This document shows positions 38,112 to 47,235 of a stretch of DNA of 64,000 nucleotides, one piece after another (the stretch's first letter is position 1; each line of letters starts with the position of its first letter). The stretch spans positions 477 to 64,476 of the forward strand of contig CAZINT010000002.1 in NCBI GenBank assembly GCA_964540825.1, in the 5' to 3' direction. This stretch comes from an uncultured Gammaproteobacteria bacterium. Lineage in GTDB: Bacteria; Patescibacteriota; Patescibacteriia; Magasanikbacterales; GWA2-37-8. The notes below the pieces were generated by a model, which was not told the DNA's origin, ran no database searches, and was given only the letters and a program-made list of their open reading frames with translations. The position numbers were made by a program, and so were the translations under genes.

Positions 38112-38179
38112 CGGTTCGAAGGTATGCTAGAGGGTAAAAATAAAAATGGCTTATTAAAGCCATTTTTATGCTTGCTCCC
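38112..38179. repeat. ~68-bp intergenic element (copy 2) with the perfect palindrome AAAAATGGCTT-atta-AAGCCATTTTT
   Basis: Aligned by eye to 36342-36409. The start gcggttcgaagg and the terminator-like hairpin are shared. Confidence 0.55.
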
Positions 38180-38276
38180 TTCGTTGGACGAGTTCAGAAC
38201 TATTGATTGGAAACAGTTGATGAAAGAAATAAGTTTTATTCCAAACTTTGCTACGGCTTAAGAAGAGGAACATTAT

Positions 38277-39221
38277 TTATTCAACTTTAGTTATTTCTTT
38301 TACAGGATACCCAAACCCTGCCCCGTCATTTCTAGCGGAATAAAGGCCCTCGTTTATGAACGTTAATTTTCCGGATTTATTAGTAACAAATTCAAAATCC
38401 ATTTCGCTCGTTATTTGTGATCCTAAAGCCTGCTGATTTGCTACCCAGACACTTTTGTTGCCATTTGGTGATTCCACCAATTTAACAAACCTTCTGTCCA
38501 AAGTTTTAACAGGAAGCTGCTGTATAACATTGGCTGCAAAATAAGCTCCGACTGAGTATTCGGCGAAAGGGTCGCCCGTGAAGGATCGTGGATTAGTCGA
38601 GTCGTATGGAACCATATGCTGAAAATAGGGATCGTAGAGCACAACTGTGTTTCCTTCGGCAGCCCGTAGCCAAACATGTCCAATGTCGTGTGGTCTCCGG
38701 TCTTTAAATAATGAAGAGGCTCCATATATCATCTGAGTGTTTATTTCCGGTCTAACGGCTTTTAGTAATCCGGCTGCTACCAAAACTTTGCCAGCGCAGG
38801 CGCTGTGCCCTTTTTCCACTATTTCTGAAACTCTGGTAATTCTCTCATCACGAGCATCAGAACGTATGGTTTTTTGAACAATTTCATCCAAATTACCCAT
38901 GGTTTCTTCTAAGTTTTGACCTTTTTTCAAGGAACTTTTTAACCTAGCTATCAACGGTTGTACTGTGACGGAGTCAAAATCTAATTTTAATGGTTGATGC
39001 TGTGTTTCTATACTATTATTTCCATAGAAAAAATTTTTATCATTCACGTCAAATTCAGGAAAACCGGCAACAATATGATGTCTGCCTTCCGGCACTTCTA
39101 TTGTTGTTTTTCTTATTCCCGCTTCGTTTATATCTCCAATTATTTTGAAATTTTTCCGCTCTAAAGTTTGAAGGAAAGAGCGTTTTGATTCTGGTTTGTG
39201 ACCTAGCTCAGGGTGTTTCAT
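38277..39221 (-). CDS. transglutaminase-like superfamily protein (putative Cys-His-Asp papain-fold enzyme)
   Basis: GHSACAGKVLVAAGLL (Cys) … HVWLRAAEGNTVVLYDPYF (His, Asp), in the spacing typical of transglutaminase-like cysteine proteases. Confidence 0.5.
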   Translation of the reverse strand: MKHPELGHKPESKRSFLQTLERKNFKIIGDINEAGIRKTTIEVPEGRHHIVAGFPEFDVNDKNFFYGNNSIETQHQPLKLDFDSVTVQPLIARLKSSLKKGQNLEETMGNLDEIVQKTIRSDARDERITRVSEIVEKGHSACAGKVLVAAGLLKAVRPEINTQMIYGASSLFKDRRPHDIGHVWLRAAEGNTVVLYDPYFQHMVPYDSTNPRSFTGDPFAEYSVGAYFAANVIQQLPVKTLDRRFVKLVESPNGNKSVWVANQQALGSQITSEMDFEFVTNKSGKLTFINEGLYSARNDGAGFGYPVKEITKVE

Positions 39222-39355
39222 AAATTGTTTTGATCGGGTAGAGCTGAAGGTTTAGTATAAAAAGTAATATTATTGTACTCTACGAAATAAAAATTATCTA
39301 GATGTACATATTTAAAATAAAAATATTGGCTAATTTTAGCCAATATTTTTGAACG

Positions 39356-39427
39356 CTCCCGGGGTCGGATTCGAACCGACGACCAATTGGTTAACAGCCA
39401 ACTGCGCTACCGCTGCGCTACCCGGGA
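39356..39427 (-). tRNA. tRNA-Asn (anticodon GUU)
   Basis: Manual fold: 7-bp acceptor stem TCCCGGG/CCCGGGA, D arm GCGC…GCGC, anticodon loop CTGTTAA, T arm GTCGG-TTCGAAT-CCGAC, discriminator G. CCA is not encoded. Confidence 0.85.
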
Positions 39428-39433
39428 ATATAT

Positions 39434-39670
39434 TTATTTTCGTGATCCGTACGCTTCAGGGTTTAAAATATCTCTATCGTCTGGACCGTATTTTACACGT
39501 TTCGGTGTAACTGCCCCTGCCGATGGAGAAGGAACAAAACGATCTCCCACGATTTCTCCTTTTTTTGGTTCCGTAATAACATTATCGAGCATGCCTCCGT
39601 ACGGAAGTTCTGACAAAGATTGACGCGCCACCAAAAGAGGGGTTGATGGCGGTGAAAAGCGTCTTTTGCT
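39434..39670 (-). CDS. small hypothetical protein
   Basis: ORF immediately upstream of tRNA-Asn on the same strand. No family recognised. Start uncertain. Confidence 0.3.
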   Translation of the reverse strand, partial: SKRRFSPPSTPLLVARQSLSELPYGGMLDNVITEPKKGEIVGDRFVPSPSAGAVTPKRVKYGPDDRDILNPEAYGSRK

Positions 39671-39724
39671 CATATATTCTAAGAACGGTACTAGTATAGC
39701 GAAGCATTTTTGACCTGTCAACCA

Positions 39725-41092
39725 TTATAACAGTTGATAATTCTTAGCCGGCTCTTTCACGCGATTAAACACCACATCCATTATATTCTTTACCCCAAAT
39801 TGGCGTCCATCCAGGTATCCTGACATAGCCGCTTCCGCCAGCCATCCCGAGTTGACCCAGTCAAAAAGCCATTCGTGAGTATATCGCGGGTCGTTTTGGC
39901 TGATACCGCCATCAATAGTTTTGAGCCAAATGCGATTAAACTTTTCTTGGCTGCCAAGAGATGGTGCCATGATGATCGGGAGACCTAGCCCCGAGTAAAA
40001 AACGAGTTCACTGGGTTTAGTCCAAAGAATGTCTGTGGTGCGCAGTGCCTCATTAAAGATTTTAAAATATTCTTCTTTATCTGCAGCAAAAATGATCTTA
40101 AGATTTTTGTTAAGGCGTTTATCAAGGCCGAGTTCGAAAATACGTTGTTTGAAGTACAGGTAAACGTCGTTGCGGCTGCCTGCAACGAGATTAAGGTTAA
40201 TTTTTTTCTTAAGAAGTGTATCTTTAAGACTATACAAAATAGCCTCGGCAATTTTGCGCTGCGCACCAGCTCCGCCTACGGCGAAGGTGAGTGTAAGCGG
40301 GTGGTGGTGGCGGACACCGAGTTTTGTTTTTGAAATAAACTGTTTAATAGTGGAAGCATATTTTTGGCGATAGCGCTGTTCGGGGTCAAGGTTAATAATG
40401 CGCTCCGCCAAATCGTGCTGTAGTGTTTTTAAATGTGTGGAACCAATATTTTCCTCAGGGAGCGGGAAGCCGGTCAAGAAAATATTTTCGTTTTTAATGC
40501 CATAGAGCTTAAGACGACTAACTACCTGACGACACGGTGCGAAGTATTTAATACGGCTTTTAGTGGGGTGGAGCGGTGCCCAGGCGCGGCTGATGTCTGA
40601 ATCGCAAATAACCACGTAGATATCGTTTTTGAAACCGTGTTCTTCGGCCATAAACGCTACGGTAAAAAACGTGGTAATAAGGGGAATGTTTTTTTGATTA
40701 AGGTAATTGACAAGGTCTTTGCCCCAACCTTTATGTATTAAATAATAATTTTGACGTACCTGGAGGTTTGGTGCTGATAAGTCTCGGCGCGGATAAAATG
40801 GCGGAACTTCTTGAAATTTATCGAGTAAACCAAAAATGATACCGCCAATAAGTGGAAGGTTACTCAGGCGCGAAACAGATTCATACAATTTTTGACCGCC
40901 ATGCCACAGTTGGTAATCACTTGCCGGTATACCATTGTATTTGTTGGCAATAATAACTTTCCCGGTAGGGGAGAGGTGGCGCAGGGGATACGCCGCACGC
41001 TGGTGCCCATATCCCATATCAACAGCCACTACCCAAGCCTCCTTTTTCATAATAAACGAGAGAGAGCTTTTGAACGTACTCGAAAATTTCAA
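39725..41092 (-). CDS. glycosyltransferase, MGDG-synthase/UgtP-like (GT28-type) family
   Basis: N-terminal VVAVDMGYGHQRAAY motif typical of the MGDG synthase N-domain. About 450 aa with two Rossmann halves. Confidence 0.55.
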   Translation of the reverse strand: MKFSSTFKSSLSFIMKKEAWVVAVDMGYGHQRAAYPLRHLSPTGKVIIANKYNGIPASDYQLWHGGQKLYESVSRLSNLPLIGGIIFGLLDKFQEVPPFYPRRDLSAPNLQVRQNYYLIHKGWGKDLVNYLNQKNIPLITTFFTVAFMAEEHGFKNDIYVVICDSDISRAWAPLHPTKSRIKYFAPCRQVVSRLKLYGIKNENIFLTGFPLPEENIGSTHLKTLQHDLAERIINLDPEQRYRQKYASTIKQFISKTKLGVRHHHPLTLTFAVGGAGAQRKIAEAILYSLKDTLLKKKINLNLVAGSRNDVYLYFKQRIFELGLDKRLNKNLKIIFAADKEEYFKIFNEALRTTDILWTKPSELVFYSGLGLPIIMAPSLGSQEKFNRIWLKTIDGGISQNDPRYTHEWLFDWVNSGWLAEAAMSGYLDGRQFGVKNIMDVVFNRVKEPAKNYQLL

Positions 41093-41183
41093 GTGAGATT
41101 CAAAAATGTAACAAGCAAAGTAAGTATACTACAGAAATAAAAAAAATTCTACGAACTGTAGAATTTTTGGAGCAACTATTTTT

Positions 41184-41879
41184 TTAAGACTTTCGTTTGT
41201 TTTGCGCAAAGAGAAAGCCCATGGTCTTTTCAAATTTGGAAGGAAATATTTCCACGCTAAACCCGTGTTCACGCAGGCACGTTTCGATTAACTTGTAGGT
41301 TTTTGATTTAGTATTGTGATATTCAAGAATGATTGTTTCAATCATGCCGAAATCTTTATCGTCCCAACTGTCAAAAATTACATACTCGCCACCCTCAATA
41401 TCCATTTTAACGAGTGAAATTTTAGTAAGAGCGTACAGCGAGCATACTTCACTCAAAGAAATTGTTGCCACGCGAATTTTTTTGCCATCGCCTTTAAATG
41501 GTCGTTCAATGTAATGATTGTGGTTATCGCCAGCAATCATCAGATTTGCTCTACCGGTTTGATCGTGAAGCGCTTTTGGAATAATGGCTACATTGATAAG
41601 TTTATTTTGTTCGACAGTTGTTTGGAGTGCTTCCAGATTGTTTGGTTCAGGTTCAAGTGCAAAAATAGGTACGTTCGGGTTAAGGGCGTGTGCGTAGAGA
41701 CTAAAAAAACCGGCGTGCGCCCCGACATCTATAATAGGGTATGTTGCAGCTCGTATTTTTTCATCAGCCCGGCGATATTCATGTAATTTAAAAATTTCAG
41801 CAAAAACACTCCTATCCGCCTCATCACGGAGGGAAACCGTAAATATTTTATCATTGAACGTAAAAGTTCTTTTTTCCAT
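41184..41879 (-). CDS. FkbM family methyltransferase
   Basis: IIDVGAHAGFFS SAM-binding motif and the FkbM-like C-terminus. Confidence 0.75.
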   Translation of the reverse strand: MEKRTFTFNDKIFTVSLRDEADRSVFAEIFKLHEYRRADEKIRAATYPIIDVGAHAGFFSLYAHALNPNVPIFALEPEPNNLEALQTTVEQNKLINVAIIPKALHDQTGRANLMIAGDNHNHYIERPFKGDGKKIRVATISLSEVCSLYALTKISLVKMDIEGGEYVIFDSWDDKDFGMIETIILEYHNTKSKTYKLIETCLREHGFSVEIFPSKFEKTMGFLFAQNKRKS

Positions 41880-42009
41880 AGTTTGCCTAGTATAACAGTT
41901 TTTGAATCTATTTCAATAAAAAACCGGATCCAGCCTCAAAGTTCTATGATTAGAGCAGTAAGACGGGATCCGGTTGGATTCACTGCTGGGCTTGCGCCGG
42001 GCCATGAAT

Positions 42010-42321
42010 TTACTCGGATGGAAAGAGCGATTGTTCAAGCGCAAAGGGCGGTTGAATGCCTAGGTTCGATTGCGTGATCGTGTGGTCGGCAACCGTTTTT
42101 GCGTGCGTGATTGTTTCGACTGTAGAGAGGCAGTCGACGTTTTCCATGTAAAGTCTCGGATGCCGAAGATCTTTTTCTGCTTCAGTCAGCTCCAGGTATG
42201 GTTTACTATTGAAATCTGCCTGTGCAGTTGAAATTGTCGACGTGACCAAGATCATGTCTTCGCTGCTCGGAGAAGCTTCTCCGAGAACGGTAATGGCATA
42301 TGCCAGGTTTTTTTCACCCAT
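42010..42321 (-). CDS. hypothetical protein (103 aa), divergent partner of the high-GC gene
   Basis: SD GAGGA before the ATG. TTGACA-like promoter. A long-loop terminator follows at 41905-41965. Confidence 0.45.
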   Translation of the reverse strand: MGEKNLAYAITVLGEASPSSEDMILVTSTISTAQADFNSKPYLELTEAEKDLRHPRLYMENVDCLSTVETITHAKTVADHTITQSNLGIQPPFALEQSLFPSE

Positions 42322-42604
42322 GAATTCCTCACTTTAAGCTGTTTAACGTCATACATCTTTTTTAAGCAGTTGTCAAGATAGTTTCCCAAAAAAACCTTAT
42401 ACATTAGCCAAAAATAAACTTTTAAATTTTTTATGTACTTAGTAATTTTTTAGGATTGACAAAACACCTTTTTTATGCTAGGATTGAACGTTTTGAAAAG
42501 TAACCCGACGATTAATTTCGGCTCGTTGGGCTGCAGGTTCTCGAGTGGAGCTATTTGCAAGCTCCATTTGGAGAGGACCTGTTTTTCGATCAAGGAGTCA
42601 TCAC

Positions 42605-43813
42605 ATGCCGATCCAGTCTGTCGTCACCCCGATCACCTCCAACCTCAGCGATGGCGTCCCCGAGCTGCTTGGGGATGACAAGGACACCGACCGCATGGTC
42701 GTTCCGCCCTTTGTCCAGCCCCCCATGATTGGCCTTGCGCCCCCCGAGCGCGCGGTCCTGGAGGCGTACGCGCGGTTCTACGCCATGCTCAACCCCCAGC
42801 TCGAATTTCCGCAGCCAAGGATCATTGATGGCCAGTACTACTGCGGCATGCCCGCTGGCCTCCCGTGCTGCGACCGATCCTTCACGGTCGACAGGTGGAG
42901 CATCCGTAGCGGTATCGTGATCGGGATTTGCCAGCAGGCGAGTGTTGTTTTCGTGAAGGTGAACAATCACGAGTACCCCGCGGCCAAGCACCTCCTCTGG
43001 ACCGGCTCCCTGACCCGGGCCAGGGAGATCGCCGCCAACCAGGCAGAGAAGATCCAGCGCCCGCCCGCCCAGGCCCGCCCCGTGCGTCGTCGCCCCGAGG
43101 ATCTCGTGGTCAAGCCGACGTCCGGTACGATCTTCCGTCCCATCCCTCCGAAGAAGGTGTTCGTCCCGGCCGCGGTCACCCCCGCGCCTGCGATCACTAT
43201 CACCGTGGCCACCCCGGCCGCTGTCATCAAGGAGGACAAGAACAAGGGTGCCGAGAAGCGCGTCGCCCGCAAGACCAAGGTCCACGAGCTCACCTCGCGC
43301 CTCCGCCTCGTCGGCATGGAGGAGAACGAGGCCTCCAGCGCCGCCGAACGAGTGGCGTACAAGTTCGAGAAGAAGACCGGTAGCGAATTGACCCCAGAGG
43401 ATAGTGCGTCGAACATCTTCGGCAGCGCCATCGACGGGCTTCTCGAGGCCGCCGCGACCTTCGGGGAAGATAACGCCGAGTATCAGGTCAAGATCAGGCT
43501 GTGCCGCTACTACCTGGCGGCCTCCACTATCCTCGAGTCGATCCTGACCGGAGAGACCGACGTGGAGCAGATCAAGCGCCACGACCACCCCGAGATCATG
43601 GACAAGATCGTGAGCATGCTCGCGGCTGTCAAGCATGAGCTCGCGGATCGTGCGGCCATCGCTCGCGCCCACGCCGTGCCCAGCGAGAAGCCCTTCGCTG
43701 TCGTCGAGGGCCACCGCCGACGCCCGACCCCGGTCGCGCCCACCAAGAAGCTCGGGGGTGGTCAGAACGCCAACAAGAACAACAACCAGGCCCGCGGCAA
43801 GCGCGGGCAGTAG
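42605..43813 (+). CDS. hypothetical protein (402 aa), very high GC (~65%) foreign gene, Ala/Pro-rich
   Basis: TTGACA-N17-TAGGAT promoter at 42457-42487. SD AAGGAG 7 nt before the ATG. Strong third-position GC bias. The terminator at 43856-43895 follows. No family recognised. Confidence 0.6.
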   Translation: MPIQSVVTPITSNLSDGVPELLGDDKDTDRMVVPPFVQPPMIGLAPPERAVLEAYARFYAMLNPQLEFPQPRIIDGQYYCGMPAGLPCCDRSFTVDRWSIRSGIVIGICQQASVVFVKVNNHEYPAAKHLLWTGSLTRAREIAANQAEKIQRPPAQARPVRRRPEDLVVKPTSGTIFRPIPPKKVFVPAAVTPAPAITITVATPAAVIKEDKNKGAEKRVARKTKVHELTSRLRLVGMEENEASSAAERVAYKFEKKTGSELTPEDSASNIFGSAIDGLLEAAATFGEDNAEYQVKIRLCRYYLAASTILESILTGETDVEQIKRHDHPEIMDKIVSMLAAVKHELADRAAIARAHAVPSEKPFAVVEGHRRRPTPVAPTKKLGGGQNANKNNNQARGKRGQ

Positions 43814-43855
43814 GAGTAACCGAGGTCTTCGTGCCTCGGCAGCGCCTCGAATTTT

Positions 43856-43895
43856 CGAGCGCGGCCCCGTCTTCGGGACCGCGCTCTTTCTTTTT
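43856..43895 (+). terminator. rho-independent terminator (gagcgcggccc-cgtcttcg-ggaccgcgctc + TTTCTTTTTT)
   Basis: GC-rich hairpin plus T-run. Confidence 0.6.
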
Positions 43896-43990
43896 TAAGG
43901 AAAAATATTTTATTCAAATAAAGATAATCAGGTTAAGGTTGCCTTTTTACAGCTTTCGAGTATACTGAAGACATAGTTACTTATCTAATC

Positions 43991-44602
43991 ATGTGTATGA
44001 TTAAAATTTACGGTTCAGCTCAGAGCAGCGCAGCGCGTTCTATTTGGATGCTGGAAGAACTTGAAGTACCTTATGAACAGCAGTCGCTTAATTTTAAGGA
44101 AAAAGAGCACAAATCCGAATGGTATCTTAAATTAAATCCTAACGGTAAAGTACCAACTTTAACGGATGGTGAATTTGTACTGTGGGAGTCCTGCGCGATC
44201 AATGATTATTTAGCCGAAAAATATCGCCCTGAAATGCTTGGTACGACGCCCGAAGAACGCGCTCTTGTTGCTCAGTGGACCTATTGGAGTTTACTCCATC
44301 TTCAACGCAACATTGATCCAATTTTGTATTTTATGATGTTTAAAATGGGAACAGAGGAGGCTGCCAATCAAGGGCGTATTGATGTTGTGCGCTATCTTGA
44401 GGTGCTTAATCTTTCACTTGCCAGTAAAGAGCATATTGTTGGTAGCACATTTACAGTTGCAGACTTAAATCTGGCTTCAATTATCCATATGGCAACGCAG
44501 GTACAGGTAGATCTATCAACTTACGGCAATATTATTGCCTGGTTTGAAAAAATTAAAGCTCGACCATCGTATGCCAAGTTGATGCAAAAAATGCAGGGTT
44601 AG
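43991..44602 (+). CDS. glutathione S-transferase
   Basis: N-terminal thioredoxin-like GST domain (KIYGSAQSSAARSIWMLEEL…GKVPTL) and a C-terminal helical domain. Confidence 0.8.
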   Translation: MCMIKIYGSAQSSAARSIWMLEELEVPYEQQSLNFKEKEHKSEWYLKLNPNGKVPTLTDGEFVLWESCAINDYLAEKYRPEMLGTTPEERALVAQWTYWSLLHLQRNIDPILYFMMFKMGTEEAANQGRIDVVRYLEVLNLSLASKEHIVGSTFTVADLNLASIIHMATQVQVDLSTYGNIIAWFEKIKARPSYAKLMQKMQG

Positions 44603-44623
44603 AAAATTATTAAAATAGTCCGG

Positions 44624-44655
44624 AACTTGCCGGACTATTTTTTATTGTGTAATTG
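44624..44655 (+). terminator. rho-independent terminator (tagtccgg-aactt-gccggacta + TTTTTTATT)
   Basis: Hairpin plus T-run. Confidence 0.6.
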
Positions 44656-44701
44656 CTGTTTTAGTGTAAATGAGGTATACTTTTTATAAAAATATCAATG
44701 T

Positions 44702-45370
44702 ATGTGTTTTTCTCCAACCGCTAGTTTTGCTGCTGGTGTTGCCATTGGCACTGTAGGCATAGCAACACTTAAAAATGTAAAAGATCGCCGCGAAATACCT
44801 TTTGCGCTTGTTCCGCTTATTTTTGGTATTCAACAAATTATAGAAGGGTTTGTGTGGTTGTCGTTTGGGTGGGAACCGGGCTTACATCAAACCTTTGCAG
44901 TTATATATTCTATTTTTGCGCTGTCAGTCTGGCCCATGTGTTTGCCGGTGGCCATTCTTCTTTTAGAAAATCATGAATTTAGACAAAAAATTCTCATGGT
45001 AATTAGTTTAGCTGGCATTGCGGTTGGCGGGTTCTTGCTGTATCGGGTTTTTGCCCATCCACCCACGGCCTATGTACTTAATAGCTGCATTCATTACGAT
45101 GTAGTAACTCCGTATAGTAATTTGCTGTGGGCCGCGTATGTGCTTGTGGTTGTGGGGGCAGGAGTGGTTTCAAGCAAAAAAACAGTGCAAGTATTTGGCG
45201 CCGTACTTTTAGGTTCGTTGTTATTTGCCGTTCATCAGTATAAAGAAAACGCCATTTCGGTGTGGTGCTTTTTTTCCGCACTCCTTAGTGCTGTGGTGTA
45301 TTGGCATTTTAATCGATTGCCTACTAAAAAAAATAATAAAAGGTCTTTAAAACACGAAGCCGGCAGATGA
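44702..45370 (+). CDS. hypothetical membrane protein (6 TM)
   Basis: Hydrophobicity pattern. A bidirectional hairpin follows at 45357-45390. Confidence 0.5.
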   Translation: MCFSPTASFAAGVAIGTVGIATLKNVKDRREIPFALVPLIFGIQQIIEGFVWLSFGWEPGLHQTFAVIYSIFALSVWPMCLPVAILLLENHEFRQKILMVISLAGIAVGGFLLYRVFAHPPTAYVLNSCIHYDVVTPYSNLLWAAYVLVVVGAGVVSSKKTVQVFGAVLLGSLLFAVHQYKENAISVWCFFSALLSAVVYWHFNRLPTKKNNKRSLKHEAGR

Positions 45371-45405
45371 CCAATCTGTCGGCTTTTTTGAAAATGAGCG
45401 GGTGG

Positions 45406-46053
45406 TTATGTGCACTGCTCGAGCGCTGATTTCGCGAGCTGGTAGGCATAGGCGTTGTCGATCAGCCGCTCAAGAGCCGGGCAGCCTCGGAACATCACGG
45501 ACGCTCTTCTGCCCAGCTTCACCGTAAGGCTTTTCCTCAAATTCGGGCCCGGGATGCGGGTCGCTTCGAAAACCTCCGTGATGCTGAGTGATTGCTCAAT
45601 GCGCCGTGCAACATCCTGGTGTATGAGCGCAACAGCGCTCAGCGCTTGGGGAATGGTTGCCCGAAAATCCACTTCGCAGAGCTTCGCAATACTCTGCATC
45701 GCTGCTTCAAAACCACCGCTTTGCCCGGGGGTTTTATTGCCCTGGATCAAAAGCTTCGTCTTGAGGGTCACACCGGCACCAATGAGAACCGCCTTGAGGG
45801 GGTCGGTCGAAGTGGTGTCGGCGGATTTGACGGCCATTAATCCATCAACGATATCGTAGACATTCGCCCGCGCGAGCAGAGGGTGGTCGGCCCTCAAGCT
45901 TGGTGCGCCAAGGAGCACGCCGACGTGCCTAAAGAAACGAAACGAGGCGTGCCCGCTGCTGACGCTATCAGCCAACCACTGGAAGAGACTTTGGCTGCGC
46001 AGTTCGGCCGGCAGAATCTCCTTCCCGGTCAGGTTAGAGACAGTTGCGTTCAT
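45406..46053 (-). CDS. hypothetical protein (216 aa), GC-rich (~57%) foreign gene
   Basis: SD GGAGG 5 nt before the ATG at 46053. GC is above the flanks. No family recognised. Confidence 0.5.
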   Translation of the reverse strand: MNATVSNLTGKEILPAELRSQSLFQWLADSVSSGHASFRFFRHVGVLLGAPSLRADHPLLARANVYDIVDGLMAVKSADTTSTDPLKAVLIGAGVTLKTKLLIQGNKTPGQSGGFEAAMQSIAKLCEVDFRATIPQALSAVALIHQDVARRIEQSLSITEVFEATRIPGPNLRKSLTVKLGRRASVMFRGCPALERLIDNAYAYQLAKSALEQCT

Positions 46054-46221
46054 TGGGTTCCTCCGCAAGATAGTAAGGAAGCGTTGTTGTTTTTCGTTTG
46101 TTTTTTTAAAACGAATAGCCAGTGTTGTAAAACTTTCTCGGGTGCTTGTCAATACTTTTTGGCAATAGCCTGTGTATATGATATAGTGATTGCGACTTAC
46201 TTATTAAATTTAAGATTTTGT

Positions 46222-46911
46222 ATGCGTCAACCAATTGGATTACTCACAATTTTTGCAGCCAGTATAGTGCTTATATGCACTGGTTGCGGCGCAAGCACAA
46301 AGGAGCAAACAACCGCGACAGTACCTGTACCACAATCACAGCCGACAGATGCAATGACAAATCCTTCAGACACCACTAAGACACTTGAAGAAAATACTGC
46401 CATGGCAGCAAAAGTTGATAGCGCTTCTTCAGAAGGCGCTGCCACCAATCTTGCTATCGGGGTTACTGCTAATACTAACGTAAACACAGCACTAAAAACC
46501 CAGCTTGAAGCTTCGTATAATAACCTCGTTCAGGTAATTGCTTCGGGAGACAAAGATGGTTTCGTAATGATTATGGATCCAGAGAAAAAAAGCCCGTCCC
46601 CGACAGATGATCAGTGGAAACAAGCCTTACCGGTAATTAGTAAGACATTCCCTGCGCTCAGTACGACTCAATTCTTAAAAATTGACCAAAAAAACGAAAC
46701 GCGCGCATATTATTATTACCTTACGAATCTACAAGACAAAAGTTACACTTCGGTAAATGTTGCCATTTTCAACAAAATTAATGGTGAGTGGAAAATCTCT
46801 GGAAATATTTTTAGCTCCAATTTTCCAAAATCCAGCGATGAGGCTAAAGAAAAAGAGGCTATTGTCAAGGCAACGGCGAGTTTGAGTGCAAAGGCCGATA
46901 ATGCCGAATAA
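46222..46911 (+). CDS. lipoprotein, hypothetical
   Basis: Signal peptide ending in LICTGC. The long ORF was truncated to the ATG at 46222 to avoid overlap with the opposite-strand gene. Confidence 0.55.
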   Translation: MRQPIGLLTIFAASIVLICTGCGASTKEQTTATVPVPQSQPTDAMTNPSDTTKTLEENTAMAAKVDSASSEGAATNLAIGVTANTNVNTALKTQLEASYNNLVQVIASGDKDGFVMIMDPEKKSPSPTDDQWKQALPVISKTFPALSTTQFLKIDQKNETRAYYYYLTNLQDKSYTSVNVAIFNKINGEWKISGNIFSSNFPKSSDEAKEKEAIVKATASLSAKADNAE

Positions 46912-47235
46912 TTGAATAACGTAGGCTAAAATCAGCTCAACAAAGAGCTGATTTTGATTTAAGAAGAGTTATCCACTTGTACTTTTATTTGAGGGGTGTA
47001 CGGTAGATATATACAGAGGGAAAGAACATCACTATCTAAAACAGTGTGTAACCAAGGAAAAAACTTTCGTTATGTAAAGCCCTGCCGCGTGCTAGGACTG
47101 GTCAGCGGATGAGCTTTCGTAATCGGAACAAGTATCCTTGTTATGCATTTTTTAAGGTAGTGATCCTGTCCCTCCGCTATAAAGCCAGGCAACGCGAAAC
47201 CCACGTTGCCTATTTTTAAGTAGTAGTATAGTCCT

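Noticed and set aside
39387-39623. 78-aa plus-strand ORF
   Set aside because: Overlaps the well-folded tRNA-Asn gene on the opposite strand, so it is spurious.
42590-43714. 374-aa minus-strand ORF and several other long ORFs in all frames across the 65% GC segment
   Set aside because: High GC suppresses stop codons in every frame. The plus-strand ORF 42605-43813 has the SD, promoter, terminator and third-position GC bias. The others are antisense shadows.
45883-46911. 342-aa ORF extending far upstream of the lipoprotein
   Set aside because: The N-terminal extension overlaps the convergent gene on the other strand. It was truncated to the ATG at 46222 that precedes the signal peptide.
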